IMG/VR virus record: IMGVR_UViG_3300036398_003753
Coordinates: 1 to 61,520 of that record
From: a virus
Lineage: Duplodnaviria; Caudoviricetes
Length of the DNA: 61,520 bases
Strand: one strand, 5' to 3'
Made by a program: the position numbers and the translations under genes. The notes under the pieces are model-generated. The model was not told where the DNA came from. It saw nothing but the letters and a program-made list of their open reading frames with translations, and ran no database searches. Positions 9,359 through 19,381 of the stretch are shown piece by piece (positions within the stretch are counted from its first letter, which is position 1; every line of letters starts with the position of its first letter).

Positions 9359-12300
9359 TGCCTACGCTGACCAATACCCGTGGAGAAGTTATTGACATGG
9401 CAACCGGTGAGGTTGTCGGTCGCGCAGAGGGCGCTCCTGCACAGGCAGGGACCAGGCCTGTCGACCCGCGCGCCACGGGCCCCGATATGCCTGCCCCCGA
9501 CGGCAAGACAGCGCAGGGCTTGATCAACAACTTCTCCTGGGGGTTCAACAGCGCCCTGTTCGCACTGCCGGACTTTGCGGCCAAGAAGATTGGCCAGGGC
9601 CTGGGCATGCAAGAGGATCAGGTTGCCACGCTGGCCAAGTTCTTCAACAGAGGCGAGCGCGCCCCTGTCAATGCCACCGAGCGCTATGCACGTGCCGTGG
9701 GCGAAGGCGTTGGCGGCACGCTCCCGTTCACTGGTATTCTGGCCTACGCTGCTAAGACCGCGCCGATGGTCAAGGTGGCTGAGCCCGGGGCAGGCGTGCT
9801 CAAGTCCATCGCCAACAGCGCTATTCAATACGCCCAGAAGAGCCCCATGGCTGCTGCGGCCACTGACATTGCTTTTGGTGCGGGCTACGAAGGCCTGCGC
9901 CAGGCCGTCGAAGAGAACATGGATGAGTCCAATCCGTACAAAGACTTGTACAAGGACCTCCTGCCTGCCGCTGCATTCATGGGCCTGCCCTTGGCTGCCG
10001 CAAGCCTACCCAGCGTCAAAGCTGCTGGTTGGACCATGGACAAGATCAAGGGCGCTCAAGGCGGCCTTGGTCAAGTCGAAAAAGAAGCCATCGCAGGTCT
10101 GCCAAAGGGCTACCGCCTGCCCCTGATCAACATCATCCCCAACGTCCTGGTCAAGCGCGCCGAAAGCAAGCTGGCGCAGGTGTTCGGCCCCATCAACGAG
10201 AGCCCCGAAGCGCAACAAGCGCTTCGTCAGCTGGAGGCCGCGCTGGGTGATCCGCGGATCGCGGACGCAGGATTTATGTTCGATGTGTCCGAGCGCACCA
10301 TGTACAGCCCCCTGCTCAGCCGCAAGGCAGAGCTGCTGGAGCAACTGGGCCCCAAGGAGCTGGAGTCTGTCAAGGCTCGTATCAATCAAAACCAGCAGCG
10401 CTTGTCTTCGCTGTTTGACTCGTTCTCTCCTGAGGCACGCAAGCCGATCGAAGAGGCGTTCATGGCCGCTCAGCAAGAGCGCCAGAACTTGTTTGAGGGC
10501 CTGCTGCGTCAGAAGAAAGACCTGACCGACGCGGAGGTCGCTGCGATTTCCGAGCGCCTCGGCCCACAGAACATCGACATGCTCAACAACGAGCTGCGCG
10601 GTGTCCTGATGGCTGACATGGAAGCAGACTTTGGCATGCGCCAAAAGGTCCTGTCCCGCCTCGGCATGAAGCGCGCTGTCAATCCTGATGGCACGCTGGC
10701 CGATACCCGCTACCGCGAAGGCGAGAACGCAGGCAAATCCTTGCCCGAGTACCCTGCTTACGACATCGAGCAGGCTGCCCGTGCTTTAGTGGCCAAGTAC
10801 ACCCCGGCCCGCGCAACGGGAGCCAAGGGTGGGCCAATGCCCGAGCCAATCAAGATCCTGCAGAACATGGTGCAGGCCACTGACCGGGCACGCCAAGAGG
10901 CACTGAAGCAGGCCACCGAATCCCTGATTCAGCAGCGCGTGAATGAACAGCTGGCCGGATACCCCCTGGACGAGGCACTGCGTGAGCAGACAGTGGCCAA
11001 CGTGCGCGCACTGGTTGCGCCTTCAGGCACCAAGGGGAAGAAAGCAGCAGATGAGTTGGCCCGTCAAATGACCCTGCAAAAAGCGGCAGGCATCGAGGCC
11101 AAAGGCGGAGCCAAGGGTGAAGTGGCCGTGGCCACCGGCATTCCTGGCCGCCCCATCTACGTTAACCCTGAGCAGATCAGGGTCGATGCCGAGATGATTG
11201 CCCGCGAAGGCACGAACATCGACATCAACGTCCCCGAAGCACTGGACCTGTTGGCCGCTGCTCAACGCGCGCGCCACGATGCAGTCAACTCGTTCAACAG
11301 CTCACTGATGTCGGGCCGTGGAACGCGGGCCGCGGATGCTCAACTGCGCTTGGATCGCGGCAACGCTGGCTACAAGGACATCGAGAATCTGGTCCTCAAT
11401 TCTGTGCCCAAGGTCAGCCGTGAGTACGACGCCATGAAAATGGTGCTCGATGACTACAACGCGGGCTACGAGAAGCGCCTGCCTTTGCTTCTGACTTCAC
11501 AGAAGGCCGGGGGCCGTGAGTTCTTGCTGCCCAACGAAGACTTGATGCGCACAGCATTCAAGACAGCAGAGAACCTGCGCCAGCTTGACGTCACCCTGGG
11601 CAACAATCCAATCAAGGATGACATGTTCACCAAGGGTGCAATCGATTGGCTGCGCACTAAGGGCGCTGTCAATCAGGACGGCCTGGTGGACCCCAAAAAG
11701 ATCAAGAGCATCTTGGACAACAACAAGAACATCGTTGAGGCCCTGCCTGCCCCCGTGCAGCAGCGCTTGCGCGATGAGGTGGCCAACGCCGACGACTTTG
11801 CCAAGCGCATGGTTGAGATTGATCGCCGCCGTGTGGACGCCACCAACAACGAGCTCGACAGCCTGCTGGCCAAGGCCAGCCGCCCCGATGCCGATCCCCA
11901 GCAAATCCTGACCGCCGCGCTGCGCGATCCGGCCACCATGCGTGTGCTGGTGGACCAAGTAGGCAAGGACCCTGAGAACTTGGCAGCCCTGCGTCGCCAG
12001 GTCTGGGACGTGGCCACAGGTGGCGCACAAGGCGGCGGTGCACTGGAGTCGTTCCTCAAGAACAACGAAAAGTCTTTGAGCGTCCTGTTCAAGAACACTA
12101 CCCACTTGAACGACCTGAAGACGCTTGCTGACCTGCAGCGCCGGGTCAATGCCTTTGCTGACGTGACTGGCCAGATCCCTGCGTTTGATTCGCTGGATCA
12201 GTCGATGAAGAAGCTGTTCGGCTCCGGCATCCAGTTCATGACCACCACGATGCGTGAAGCAGCCGTGGGTCGTATCAACCCCAGTACCGGTGCTTTGGCC

Positions 12301-12756
12301 ATCATGCTGCGCCTGACAGGCAGTATCGAGGACCAGCTGTATCAGCGCATCTTCACCAAGGCATTGGAGGACCCAGAGTTCGCCAAATCGATCACCAAGG
12401 TGGGCACACCTGCAGACGCCAAGAAGCTGGCAGGCATGCTGCAGAACATCGGCATCTCCCCAACGATGTACGTTCCTGGCCCTGCACGGATCACGGCCCT
12501 CGAAGCATCTGACTTGGCCCGGGAAGAAACAGCGCCAGCAGCTGCCCAGCCTCCTGTCCGCCAGAGCGCCGCATCCATGTTGCGCCAGCTGCCTCCAGCA
12601 CCGCCTTCACGCGGCATGCCAAACCTGCGCATGGGCCCACCGCCCGCAGCAGCGCCAGCACCGCAGTCGAGCCTGATGTACCCAACGCTGTTCCCCAATG
12701 ATCCGATCAGCCAGATGCTGCAGCAGCGCCAACAACAAATAGGAGCCCCACGATGA
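9358..12756 (+). CDS. Large alpha-helical internal virion protein
   Basis: 1132 aa, translationally coupled (TAATG); C-terminal YPTLFPND motif. Confidence 0.55.
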   Translation: MPTLTNTRGEVIDMATGEVVGRAEGAPAQAGTRPVDPRATGPDMPAPDGKTAQGLINNFSWGFNSALFALPDFAAKKIGQGLGMQEDQVATLAKFFNRGERAPVNATERYARAVGEGVGGTLPFTGILAYAAKTAPMVKVAEPGAGVLKSIANSAIQYAQKSPMAAAATDIAFGAGYEGLRQAVEENMDESNPYKDLYKDLLPAAAFMGLPLAAASLPSVKAAGWTMDKIKGAQGGLGQVEKEAIAGLPKGYRLPLINIIPNVLVKRAESKLAQVFGPINESPEAQQALRQLEAALGDPRIADAGFMFDVSERTMYSPLLSRKAELLEQLGPKELESVKARINQNQQRLSSLFDSFSPEARKPIEEAFMAAQQERQNLFEGLLRQKKDLTDAEVAAISERLGPQNIDMLNNELRGVLMADMEADFGMRQKVLSRLGMKRAVNPDGTLADTRYREGENAGKSLPEYPAYDIEQAARALVAKYTPARATGAKGGPMPEPIKILQNMVQATDRARQEALKQATESLIQQRVNEQLAGYPLDEALREQTVANVRALVAPSGTKGKKAADELARQMTLQKAAGIEAKGGAKGEVAVATGIPGRPIYVNPEQIRVDAEMIAREGTNIDINVPEALDLLAAAQRARHDAVNSFNSSLMSGRGTRAADAQLRLDRGNAGYKDIENLVLNSVPKVSREYDAMKMVLDDYNAGYEKRLPLLLTSQKAGGREFLLPNEDLMRTAFKTAENLRQLDVTLGNNPIKDDMFTKGAIDWLRTKGAVNQDGLVDPKKIKSILDNNKNIVEALPAPVQQRLRDEVANADDFAKRMVEIDRRRVDATNNELDSLLAKASRPDADPQQILTAALRDPATMRVLVDQVGKDPENLAALRRQVWDVATGGAQGGGALESFLKNNEKSLSVLFKNTTHLNDLKTLADLQRRVNAFADVTGQIPAFDSLDQSMKKLFGSGIQFMTTTMREAAVGRINPSTGALAIMLRLTGSIEDQLYQRIFTKALEDPEFAKSITKVGTPADAKKLAGMLQNIGISPTMYVPGPARITALEASDLAREETAPAAAQPPVRQSAASMLRQLPPAPPSRGMPNLRMGPPPAAAPAPQSSLMYPTLFPNDPISQMLQQRQQQIGAPR

Positions 12757-13133
12757 TGGAAGAATTGATTGCCACGCTGTTCATCAGTCGTGAGTTTGCT
12801 CACCGACGCCACTTGGCGGTGACTGGCCCTGGAAGCTACGCAGCTCACGTAGCTTTGGGTTCGTTCTACGACGACATCATCGACCGGGCAGACGCCATTG
12901 CCGAGGCCTACCAGGGTCGTCATGGCCTGATGGATGAGATTCCATATCTGGATGGCCCCAAGGGTAAGAAAAGCATCGCGGCTACTGCGACGTGGCTCGA
13001 GGGGGAGATGAATAAGATCACCGAGATGCGCTACGACTGCTGCCCCAAGACAGACACAGCCATTCAAAACCTGATCGACGAAGCGGTGGCCACCTACCTC
13101 TCCGTCATCTACAAACTTCGCAACCTGGAGTAA
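12753..13133 (+). CDS. Ferritin/Dps-like four-helix protein (DUF5856-like)
   Basis: AHRRHL...SYAAHVALGSFYD...D...EAYQGRHG and NLIDE...YKL pattern. Confidence 0.65.
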   Translation: MMEELIATLFISREFAHRRHLAVTGPGSYAAHVALGSFYDDIIDRADAIAEAYQGRHGLMDEIPYLDGPKGKKSIAATATWLEGEMNKITEMRYDCCPKTDTAIQNLIDEAVATYLSVIYKLRNLE

Positions 13134-13137
13134 TGCT

Positions 13138-13299
13138 ATGAAAGAAAAACCCGTGTGGGACAAAGCCCGTCCCAAGGACCTGGGCGCACCCAAGAAGCTC
13201 TCCCCTGCAAAGAAGACCGCTGCCAAGGCAGCAGCCAAGGCCGCAGGTCGCCCCTATCCCAACTTGGTCGACAACATGCGCGCGGCCAAGAAGAAATAA
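13138..13299 (+). CDS. Small basic protein, 53 aa (not in ORF track)
   Basis: Own translation: MKEKPVWDKARPKDLGAPKKLSPAKKTAAKAAAKAAGRPYPNLVDNMRAAKKK; GGAG upstream. Confidence 0.7.
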   Translation: MKEKPVWDKARPKDLGAPKKLSPAKKTAAKAAAKAAGRPYPNLVDNMRAAKKK

Positions 13300-13313
13300 G
13301 TTGCAGTTGCCGT

Positions 13314-14063
13314 CTACGCCTCAGGCAGGGGCTCTCCACCTCCGACGGTACTTTGGCCCGGGTCCGGCCCCGGGCCCTTTTTCTCGTGCGCCACAACCCT
13401 GCGCCACCACTGGTCGCAGTAGCCATCAAACTCACGCCCGACCGAGACAAATTCCTGCACTTCTCCGTCCTGCGCCACCATCAGAATCACGCCCTGATTG
13501 ATGGTCGTGCCGTGCTGGTGGTTGTGTGCGACAGCATACGCAGCGAGCTGGACAAAGTAGTCCTCGATCCACGCACGTTTTTTCATCTTGTTGGCCTGCT
13601 TGAAGTCAACAATGCAGGGCTTGCCCTTGTACACACCGATGAAGTCCGAGGTCCCCGCATAGCGGCCCGTGTAGATCAGCGGGATCTCCGTGCCCCACGC
13701 TTCGTCCACATGCGGAAAGAACTTCTCAATCAACGTGTAGCCCATGCGGTAGCCCCTGACCTGCAGCCAGGTGCGCGGTGTCTCCAGAGGCCTGTTCAAA
13801 AGCAGGCGTTCCACCACTGAGTGCATGTGCGTGCCCACCAGCGCAGCCTCGTTTTTGATGCGCTCGGCTTCGTCCTGGCCAACCCTGTTGGCCCAGTCAT
13901 CCAGATGCGCTTTGTCCTTGGTGCTGGACAGGATAGTGGTGACGCTCGGAACGGGGTCCGTGCCATCCAACGTATATACGCGGCCCGTGGGCAGGTCCAG
14001 GCGCTTGAGCTTGGGGTAGACAAACTTATTTCTGATCGGGACGAGCTGCATTATTTGATCCAT
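13314..14063 (-). CDS. PD-(D/E)XK exonuclease (RecB/Cas4/MGME1-like)
   Basis: PSVTTIL, GTHMH, YAGTSD...IVDFKQ, YFVQLAAY motifs. Confidence 0.85.
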   Translation of the reverse strand: MDQIMQLVPIRNKFVYPKLKRLDLPTGRVYTLDGTDPVPSVTTILSSTKDKAHLDDWANRVGQDEAERIKNEAALVGTHMHSVVERLLLNRPLETPRTWLQVRGYRMGYTLIEKFFPHVDEAWGTEIPLIYTGRYAGTSDFIGVYKGKPCIVDFKQANKMKKRAWIEDYFVQLAAYAVAHNHQHGTTINQGVILMVAQDGEVQEFVSVGREFDGYCDQWWRRVVAHEKKGPGPDPGQSTVGGGEPLPEA

Positions 14064-15505
14064 TCCTTGAGCTCTTCTCCGAGCACTGCGTTGGCGATGT
14101 TGATCTTGTTGCGCAAGGCCTTGACGATGTGCTCGTCCACGGTCCCCGGGCTGATGAAGTCGACATAGGTCACCTTGTTGGTCTGGCCGATGCGGTGAGC
14201 GCGGTCCTCGGACTGCAAGCGAACCTCCAGGTCAAAGTTGTTGCTGTAGTAGATCACGGTCTTGGCCGCGGTGAGTGTGAGGCCGTAGCCACCTGTGCGG
14301 GGATTGCCAACAAAGAACCGCAGATCGTGGCCCGGGTCTTGGAAGTTGGTCACGATCTCCTGCCTGACCTCGGCTTCTGTGTCCCCGAAGTACGTAGCCA
14401 CCGATGTCATGCCGTGCTTTTCCTGCAGCGCCAGCTTGATGTTTTCGATGTCCCTGCGGTAGTTGGCCCAGATGATCACCTTGCCCTCGACCTCTTCGAT
14501 CAGCGCAAGCAGTTCGTTGACGCGGTTGCTGGGGATGTCCTCTTGCCTGCCGTCGTCGAGCTTGACGTGGCCACAGCAAATCTGCTGCAGCCGCATGATC
14601 TGCGTGAGCGCATTGTTGGTGGTCATCATCGAGCCGTCCTCCAAAATGGACAGCGCCATGAGCTTCATCTGGTCGTAGTACTTCTTCTGCTCCGGCGTGA
14701 GCTCAATCTCCCGGCGCACGAACACCTTGTCAGGCAGGTCCAGGCACTCTTCCTTGGTCACGCGAAAGGCAAAGCGGTTGAGCTTTTTCTGCAGCTCCTC
14801 CAAGTGCCGATAGCCGACGATCTGTTTGAATGTGTGGGTGGGCAATTTGCGTTCGACGAGGACCGCGTACCGTGCTTGGAAGGCATAGAAGCTGTGGTAG
14901 CCCAAGCAGTCGTTGCCCAGGAACTCGCACTGGCTGTACAGGTCCAGAGGGCTCTTGGTGACGGGCGACCCAGTAGCAATGCGGCGGTACTTCGCTTCCT
15001 TGCCGACCTTGATGATGCTCTTGGTGCGCTTGGCCCCGGGCGTCTTGATCGTCGTGCTCTCGTCAATGGCCATGAATGCGTTGGTCACACGCAGGAAGGT
15101 GCGGGCAAAGGTTGCGCCCTTCTCTGTGCTGAACGCTTCGATGTTCATCACCAGCACCCGCAGGCTGTCCACGCTGGCCAACATCTTTTCCATCGCTACC
15201 TGCTCCGCCTTACGTGGCGTAGGGGACCAGCACGCCATGGCCAGAGGGATGTGCGCTGGCATGTGCTTGGGGATCTCGGAGGTGTACCAGTTGCGATACA
15301 CGCCCTTGGGTGCTACGATGAGCATCGAGTTGATCCTGCCCTTGTCATAGAGCATCGCAGCGTTGTTGATTAGCATGAAGCTCTTGCCCGTGCCCATCTC
15401 TGCTAACACTGCAATTTCCGGTTCCTCCCAAAAGCGTTGAAGATACGCCGCTTGGTGAGTGAACGGTTGGTTCTTGAAGGGGTAGTGGGATAAAAAATAG
15501 TCCAT
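14051..15505 (-). CDS. SNF2-family (SF2) helicase
   Basis: EMGTGKS Walker A, IDEST, ATGSP, GGYGLTLT, QSEDRAHRIGQ; start placed at MDYFL. Confidence 0.92.
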   Translation of the reverse strand: MDYFLSHYPFKNQPFTHQAAYLQRFWEEPEIAVLAEMGTGKSFMLINNAAMLYDKGRINSMLIVAPKGVYRNWYTSEIPKHMPAHIPLAMACWSPTPRKAEQVAMEKMLASVDSLRVLVMNIEAFSTEKGATFARTFLRVTNAFMAIDESTTIKTPGAKRTKSIIKVGKEAKYRRIATGSPVTKSPLDLYSQCEFLGNDCLGYHSFYAFQARYAVLVERKLPTHTFKQIVGYRHLEELQKKLNRFAFRVTKEECLDLPDKVFVRREIELTPEQKKYYDQMKLMALSILEDGSMMTTNNALTQIMRLQQICCGHVKLDDGRQEDIPSNRVNELLALIEEVEGKVIIWANYRRDIENIKLALQEKHGMTSVATYFGDTEAEVRQEIVTNFQDPGHDLRFFVGNPRTGGYGLTLTAAKTVIYYSNNFDLEVRLQSEDRAHRIGQTNKVTYVDFISPGTVDEHIVKALRNKINIANAVLGEELKEWIK

Positions 15506-15533
15506 TGCTTTCTTTCTTTCTTGAAAAAGGTTG

Positions 15534-15585
15534 TTGACAACCTCGAAAGTAGTGTACACTAAGCGCACAGTTAAAGAAAGGATAG
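15534..15585 (+). promoter_or_regulatory. Putative promoter and RBS of the replication operon
   Basis: TTGACA (15534-39), TACACT (15555-60; spacer only 15 bp), GAAAGGATAG (15576-85) in a divergent intergenic gap. Confidence 0.4.
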
Positions 15586-15592
15586 TGCAAAT

Positions 15593-15922
15593 ATGCCACG
15601 AGTTTTTGTTGTTCAAGAGATGCCGAACCATGATCTGGCTCCTGCCATGAAGTTTGGTGACATGAAGGTCTTGTTGCCTTCATACACCCAGATCGCGTTC
15701 AGCACGTCGCCTACAATCCGCAGCCTGCGACACAAGCTGCGCGATTTCAGCGACAACGATTTCCTGCTGCTTGCAGGGGACCCCGTAGCGATTGGCTTGG
15801 CCTGCTCGATTGCTGCGTTTTTTAACAATGGCCGTTACACAGCGCTGAAGTGGGATCGCCGCGAGCACTTGTATCTTCCCGTCAAGATTGACGTCACCCA
15901 GAAAGGAGAAATCGATGAGTAA
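15593..15922 (+). CDS. Hypothetical phage protein
   Basis: 109 aa, strong RBS, first gene of the operon. Confidence 0.75.
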   Translation: MPRVFVVQEMPNHDLAPAMKFGDMKVLLPSYTQIAFSTSPTIRSLRHKLRDFSDNDFLLLAGDPVAIGLACSIAAFFNNGRYTALKWDRREHLYLPVKIDVTQKGEIDE

Positions 15923-16472
15923 TTTAAATTCCATGTTTGAAGAGGACGCAGGTGCTCTCACCGTCAAGGATGAGGACCTGTCTTCTGTTGCAGCTTTGGC
16001 CAAACGCGCCAAGATGCTGGAAAAAGAGATCGAGGAATTCGAGTCTGTCCTCAAGGAGCGCCAGGAACAATTGCGCAAGATGCAGGAAGAGACACTGCCC
16101 AACATGCTGGCTGAGCTTGGCATGAAGGAATTCACCATGTCGGACGGCAGCAAGATCACTGTCAAGCCTTTTTACTCTGCCTCCATCAAGGAAGAGAACA
16201 GGGCCCAGGCCTACGAATGGCTGCGTGACAACGGCTACGACGACATCATCAAGAACACTGTGTCAGTACGGTTTGGCCGCAACGAGGACAAGCTGTGCGA
16301 GTCACTTTTGAATCAACTGCGCGAGCAAAACTACCCTGTGGAGCAGGCGCAGAAGATCGAGCCCCAGACCCTTAAGGCCTGGGTTCGTGAGCAAACGGAG
16401 CGCGGCACCGCGTTTCCAACAGAACTTTTTGGCGTATTCATTGGCCAAAAAGCGACCATTAAATCAGCCTAA
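15915..16472 (+). CDS. Phage replication-module protein (coiled-coil N-terminus)
   Basis: AAGGAG RBS; WLRDNGYDDIIKN and PQTLKAWVRE motifs. Confidence 0.75.
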   Translation: MSNLNSMFEEDAGALTVKDEDLSSVAALAKRAKMLEKEIEEFESVLKERQEQLRKMQEETLPNMLAELGMKEFTMSDGSKITVKPFYSASIKEENRAQAYEWLRDNGYDDIIKNTVSVRFGRNEDKLCESLLNQLREQNYPVEQAQKIEPQTLKAWVREQTERGTAFPTELFGVFIGQKATIKSA

Positions 16473-16484
16473 AGGAAATCAATC

Positions 16485-17261
16485 ATGAGCAAGAACCAAG
16501 TCGCAGTCAAAGAAGACAAAGAGTACGCAGTTGCATTGGGCAACGCATTTGAAGACGATGCCAACAGTGGCTTCGACGGCATGGGCCAGGAAGACTTTGC
16601 GCTTCCGTTCCTGCGTCTGTTGACCAACACCAGCCCCGAGGTGGGCGAGATTGACGGCGCTCTGCCAGGCATGATCATGAACACTGTTACAGGTGAATTG
16701 CATGATGGCAAAGCAGGCATCATGGTCATCCCCGTGGCCTACGTTCGCCAGTACATCGAGTGGGCCCCACGCGGCTCGGGCAGCGGCGCACCAATCGCTG
16801 TCTACCCTGCAACGTCCGATATCCTCACGCGCACGCACCGCGAACCGGGCGACAGCAAGGACTATCTGGACAACGGCAACTACATCGAGAACACGGCCAA
16901 CCACTACGTGATGGTCATCAACGACAGCGGCATTCCAGAGCCTGCGTTGATCACGATGAAGTCGACACAACTGAAGAAGTCACGCAAGTGGAACAGCATG
17001 TTGATGTCCACCAAGATGATGGGCAAGAACGGCCCGTTCACTCCTCCCATGTACAGCCACCTGTACCGCCTGACATCACAAGCCGAGTCGAATGACAAGG
17101 GCAAGTGGTTTGGTTGGGAAGTGGAAAAGGTTGGTCCAGTGGAAGACATGAACGCCTACACGGCTGCCAAGTCTTTCGCACAGCAGATCAACGCTGGTGA
17201 CGTCAAGGTCAAGCACGAGCACGCAGAAGGCGCTGTAGGCTCGAACGCTGCACCATTCTGA
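16485..17261 (+). CDS. Putative single-stranded DNA-binding protein
   Basis: Upstream of primase; C-terminal PF; NDKGKWFGW motif. Confidence 0.55.
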   Translation: MSKNQVAVKEDKEYAVALGNAFEDDANSGFDGMGQEDFALPFLRLLTNTSPEVGEIDGALPGMIMNTVTGELHDGKAGIMVIPVAYVRQYIEWAPRGSGSGAPIAVYPATSDILTRTHREPGDSKDYLDNGNYIENTANHYVMVINDSGIPEPALITMKSTQLKKSRKWNSMLMSTKMMGKNGPFTPPMYSHLYRLTSQAESNDKGKWFGWEVEKVGPVEDMNAYTAAKSFAQQINAGDVKVKHEHAEGAVGSNAAPF

Positions 17262-17266
17262 GTCCG

Positions 17267-17288
17267 TGGGGGAGCTACGGCTCCCCCA
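17267..17288 (+). terminator. Stable hairpin between ssb-like gene and primase
   Basis: TGGGGGAGC-TACG-GCTCCCCCA, C(UNCG)G tetraloop; no strong U tract. Confidence 0.5.
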
Positions 17289-17307
17289 TCCTTCTATAGA
17301 GAGTTGT

Positions 17308-18840
17308 ATGACCGACATCACCAGATTCAAAGCCATATTTAGCGGCCTCGATATCGCTTATGGCACCTACAAAATCAAATCGGAGCGAGGCGATGGAAAG
17401 CAGGCGGGACAAGCTACGGTGGTTCGCAAGCCACCTACTGATGATCTATGGGTCCAGCATTTTGCGGGGATTGACCCGTCCCTGGGCATTATTCCGATAC
17501 GGGCTGACAACACTTGCATCTGGGGCTGTATCGATATTGACCAGTATCCGCTCGACCACAAAGGCCTGGTCGAAAAAATTCATCAATTGAAGCTGCCGCT
17601 CGTCGTCTGCCGCAGCAAATCAGGAGGTGCACATGTCTTTCTTTTTACAAAAACTCCCGCGCCTGCTCGCGACTTCCAAACCTATCTCAAGAACGCGGCT
17701 GCTCTCCTTGGTGAAGCAGGACGAGAAATATTCCCCAAGCAAGCAGAAATCCTCGTGGACCGAGGAGACACCGGCAACTTCCTCAACCTTCCGTACTTTG
17801 GCGGGGACGCGGGTACAAGGTATGCATTCAATGCCGACGGTTCTGCGGCGACCCTTGAGGAGTTCTATGCTCTTCACGCTGCCAACGTCCAAGACACGCC
17901 ACTCAATTTCCCTGAGCCGCCTAAACAAGCGGAGAGTCCCATCAAAGACGGCCCGCCTTGCCTACAAGCTCTATGTGCGCAAGGGTTTCCGGAGGGCACC
18001 CGCAATAATGGGCTATTCAACATTGGGGTCTATCTTAAACGTGCCCACCCGGGTTCATGGGAAGACAAGATGGTCGAGTACAACCTCAAGTACGTCGCCC
18101 CGCCGCTGCCCAACAATGAGGTCCAGCTCATCATCAAACAGGCTGGCAAAAAGGATTATCAATACAAGTGCAAGGACGCGCCTCTCAACAGTTTTTGCAA
18201 CTCCGGGCTGTGCCGCTCACGCAAGTTCGGCATCGGGGCTCACGCCCCTGATGCGGCTCAGATAGCCAGCTTGTCCAAGTACGCCAGCGACCCACCACTG
18301 TGGTTCCTGGACGTCAACGGAAAGCGCGTGGAGCTCGAAACAGAGATGCTCTACAACCAGGCTGCATTCCAGAAGGCGTGCCTTGAAAAGATCAACACCG
18401 TGCCACCCACACTGCGCAAGCAGGACTGGGAGAACCTGCTTAACGCACTGCTCAAGGAGATGGTGGAGACTGAGCAGATTACCGAGGCATCGGAAGACAC
18501 CAGTGTGGTCGGACGGTTCATGGACCTGCTCGAAGAATTCACGACCCACATGCAACAGGCCCTGGCCCGCGAAGAGATGCTCATGGGCCGCCCATGGACA
18601 GACGAGGACGAGGCCCGCACGTACTTCCGGATCAAGGACCTCGACGCGCACCTGCTGCGCAACAACTTCAAATCGCTGACCGCGCCCAAGATGGCCCAGC
18701 GCCTGCGCGACATTGGTGGTGAGCCTATCAGCCTGTTCCTCAAGGGCCGTGCTGTGCGCTGCTGGCGCATCCCGCGCTTTGGCAAACAGGAAGCCCCGTT
18801 TGATACCCAGACACAACGCAAAGAAGGGAGTCCGTTTTGA
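17308..18840 (+). CDS. Primase (AEP-like catalytic domain plus PriCT-like region)
   Basis: CIDID, RSKSGGAH, GNFLNLPY motifs; PPCL...EGTRNNGLF. Confidence 0.8.
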   Translation: MTDITRFKAIFSGLDIAYGTYKIKSERGDGKQAGQATVVRKPPTDDLWVQHFAGIDPSLGIIPIRADNTCIWGCIDIDQYPLDHKGLVEKIHQLKLPLVVCRSKSGGAHVFLFTKTPAPARDFQTYLKNAAALLGEAGREIFPKQAEILVDRGDTGNFLNLPYFGGDAGTRYAFNADGSAATLEEFYALHAANVQDTPLNFPEPPKQAESPIKDGPPCLQALCAQGFPEGTRNNGLFNIGVYLKRAHPGSWEDKMVEYNLKYVAPPLPNNEVQLIIKQAGKKDYQYKCKDAPLNSFCNSGLCRSRKFGIGAHAPDAAQIASLSKYASDPPLWFLDVNGKRVELETEMLYNQAAFQKACLEKINTVPPTLRKQDWENLLNALLKEMVETEQITEASEDTSVVGRFMDLLEEFTTHMQQALAREEMLMGRPWTDEDEARTYFRIKDLDAHLLRNNFKSLTAPKMAQRLRDIGGEPISLFLKGRAVRCWRIPRFGKQEAPFDTQTQRKEGSPF

Positions 18841-19127
18841 AGAACGTATTTGAATTGATCGAGGCCCACGGCTTGACCCTGCATGGCGATATTGAGCACT
18901 TCGCCGCTCTCGTGCTTGCTAACCATCCGCCTCATTCATCTATGGCATGGCAAGAGGGCTATGCCGCAGGAACAGAAGCAGGTCAGCGCACAGCGTTCTC
19001 CAAGGCCGAGTACACGATTGGCATTGACACCGCCGATGGAACACACACAGTAGTGGTGTTTCGTAATATCCCTGGCCAGCCAACCACGCTGGTAGCTCAC
19101 GCACAACTACCTGAGATGCAGACATGA
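18837..19127 (+). CDS. Hypothetical protein
   Basis: 96 aa, overlapping start/stop coupling on both sides. Confidence 0.55.
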   Translation: MKNVFELIEAHGLTLHGDIEHFAALVLANHPPHSSMAWQEGYAAGTEAGQRTAFSKAEYTIGIDTADGTHTVVVFRNIPGQPTTLVAHAQLPEMQT

Positions 19128-19381
19128 AAAAGTGGGACGGATACGACGAGGCCATCATTGGCCCTGCCATGGTCTGGCACAAAAAGGGCCACACCGAAGT
19201 GCTGGTTTACAACGCCGAGACCATTCGCAACATCCTGATGTCGCGTGACGGCATGGACTTTGAAGAAGCCCGTGAGTTCATCGAGTTCAACATCGAGGGC
19301 GCATACATCGGCCCCGATACACCGATCCTTGTTTGGCCCAACGATCTGTATAGAGTGACGGACCATGACACCGAGCATTGA
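19124..19381 (+). CDS. Hypothetical phage protein
   Basis: DGYDEAIIG...EAREFIEFNIEGAYIGPDTP. Confidence 0.7.
   Translation: MKKWDGYDEAIIGPAMVWHKKGHTEVLVYNAETIRNILMSRDGMDFEEAREFIEFNIEGAYIGPDTPILVWPNDLYRVTDHDTEH

Noticed and set aside
13155-13820. 221-aa plus-strand ORF from the track
   Set aside because: Overlaps the 53-aa basic gene in another frame and lies antisense to the exonuclease
13314-14063. Cas4-like nuclease as sign of a CRISPR system
   Set aside because: No Fe-S cysteine set, no other cas genes and no array; ordinary phage exonuclease context
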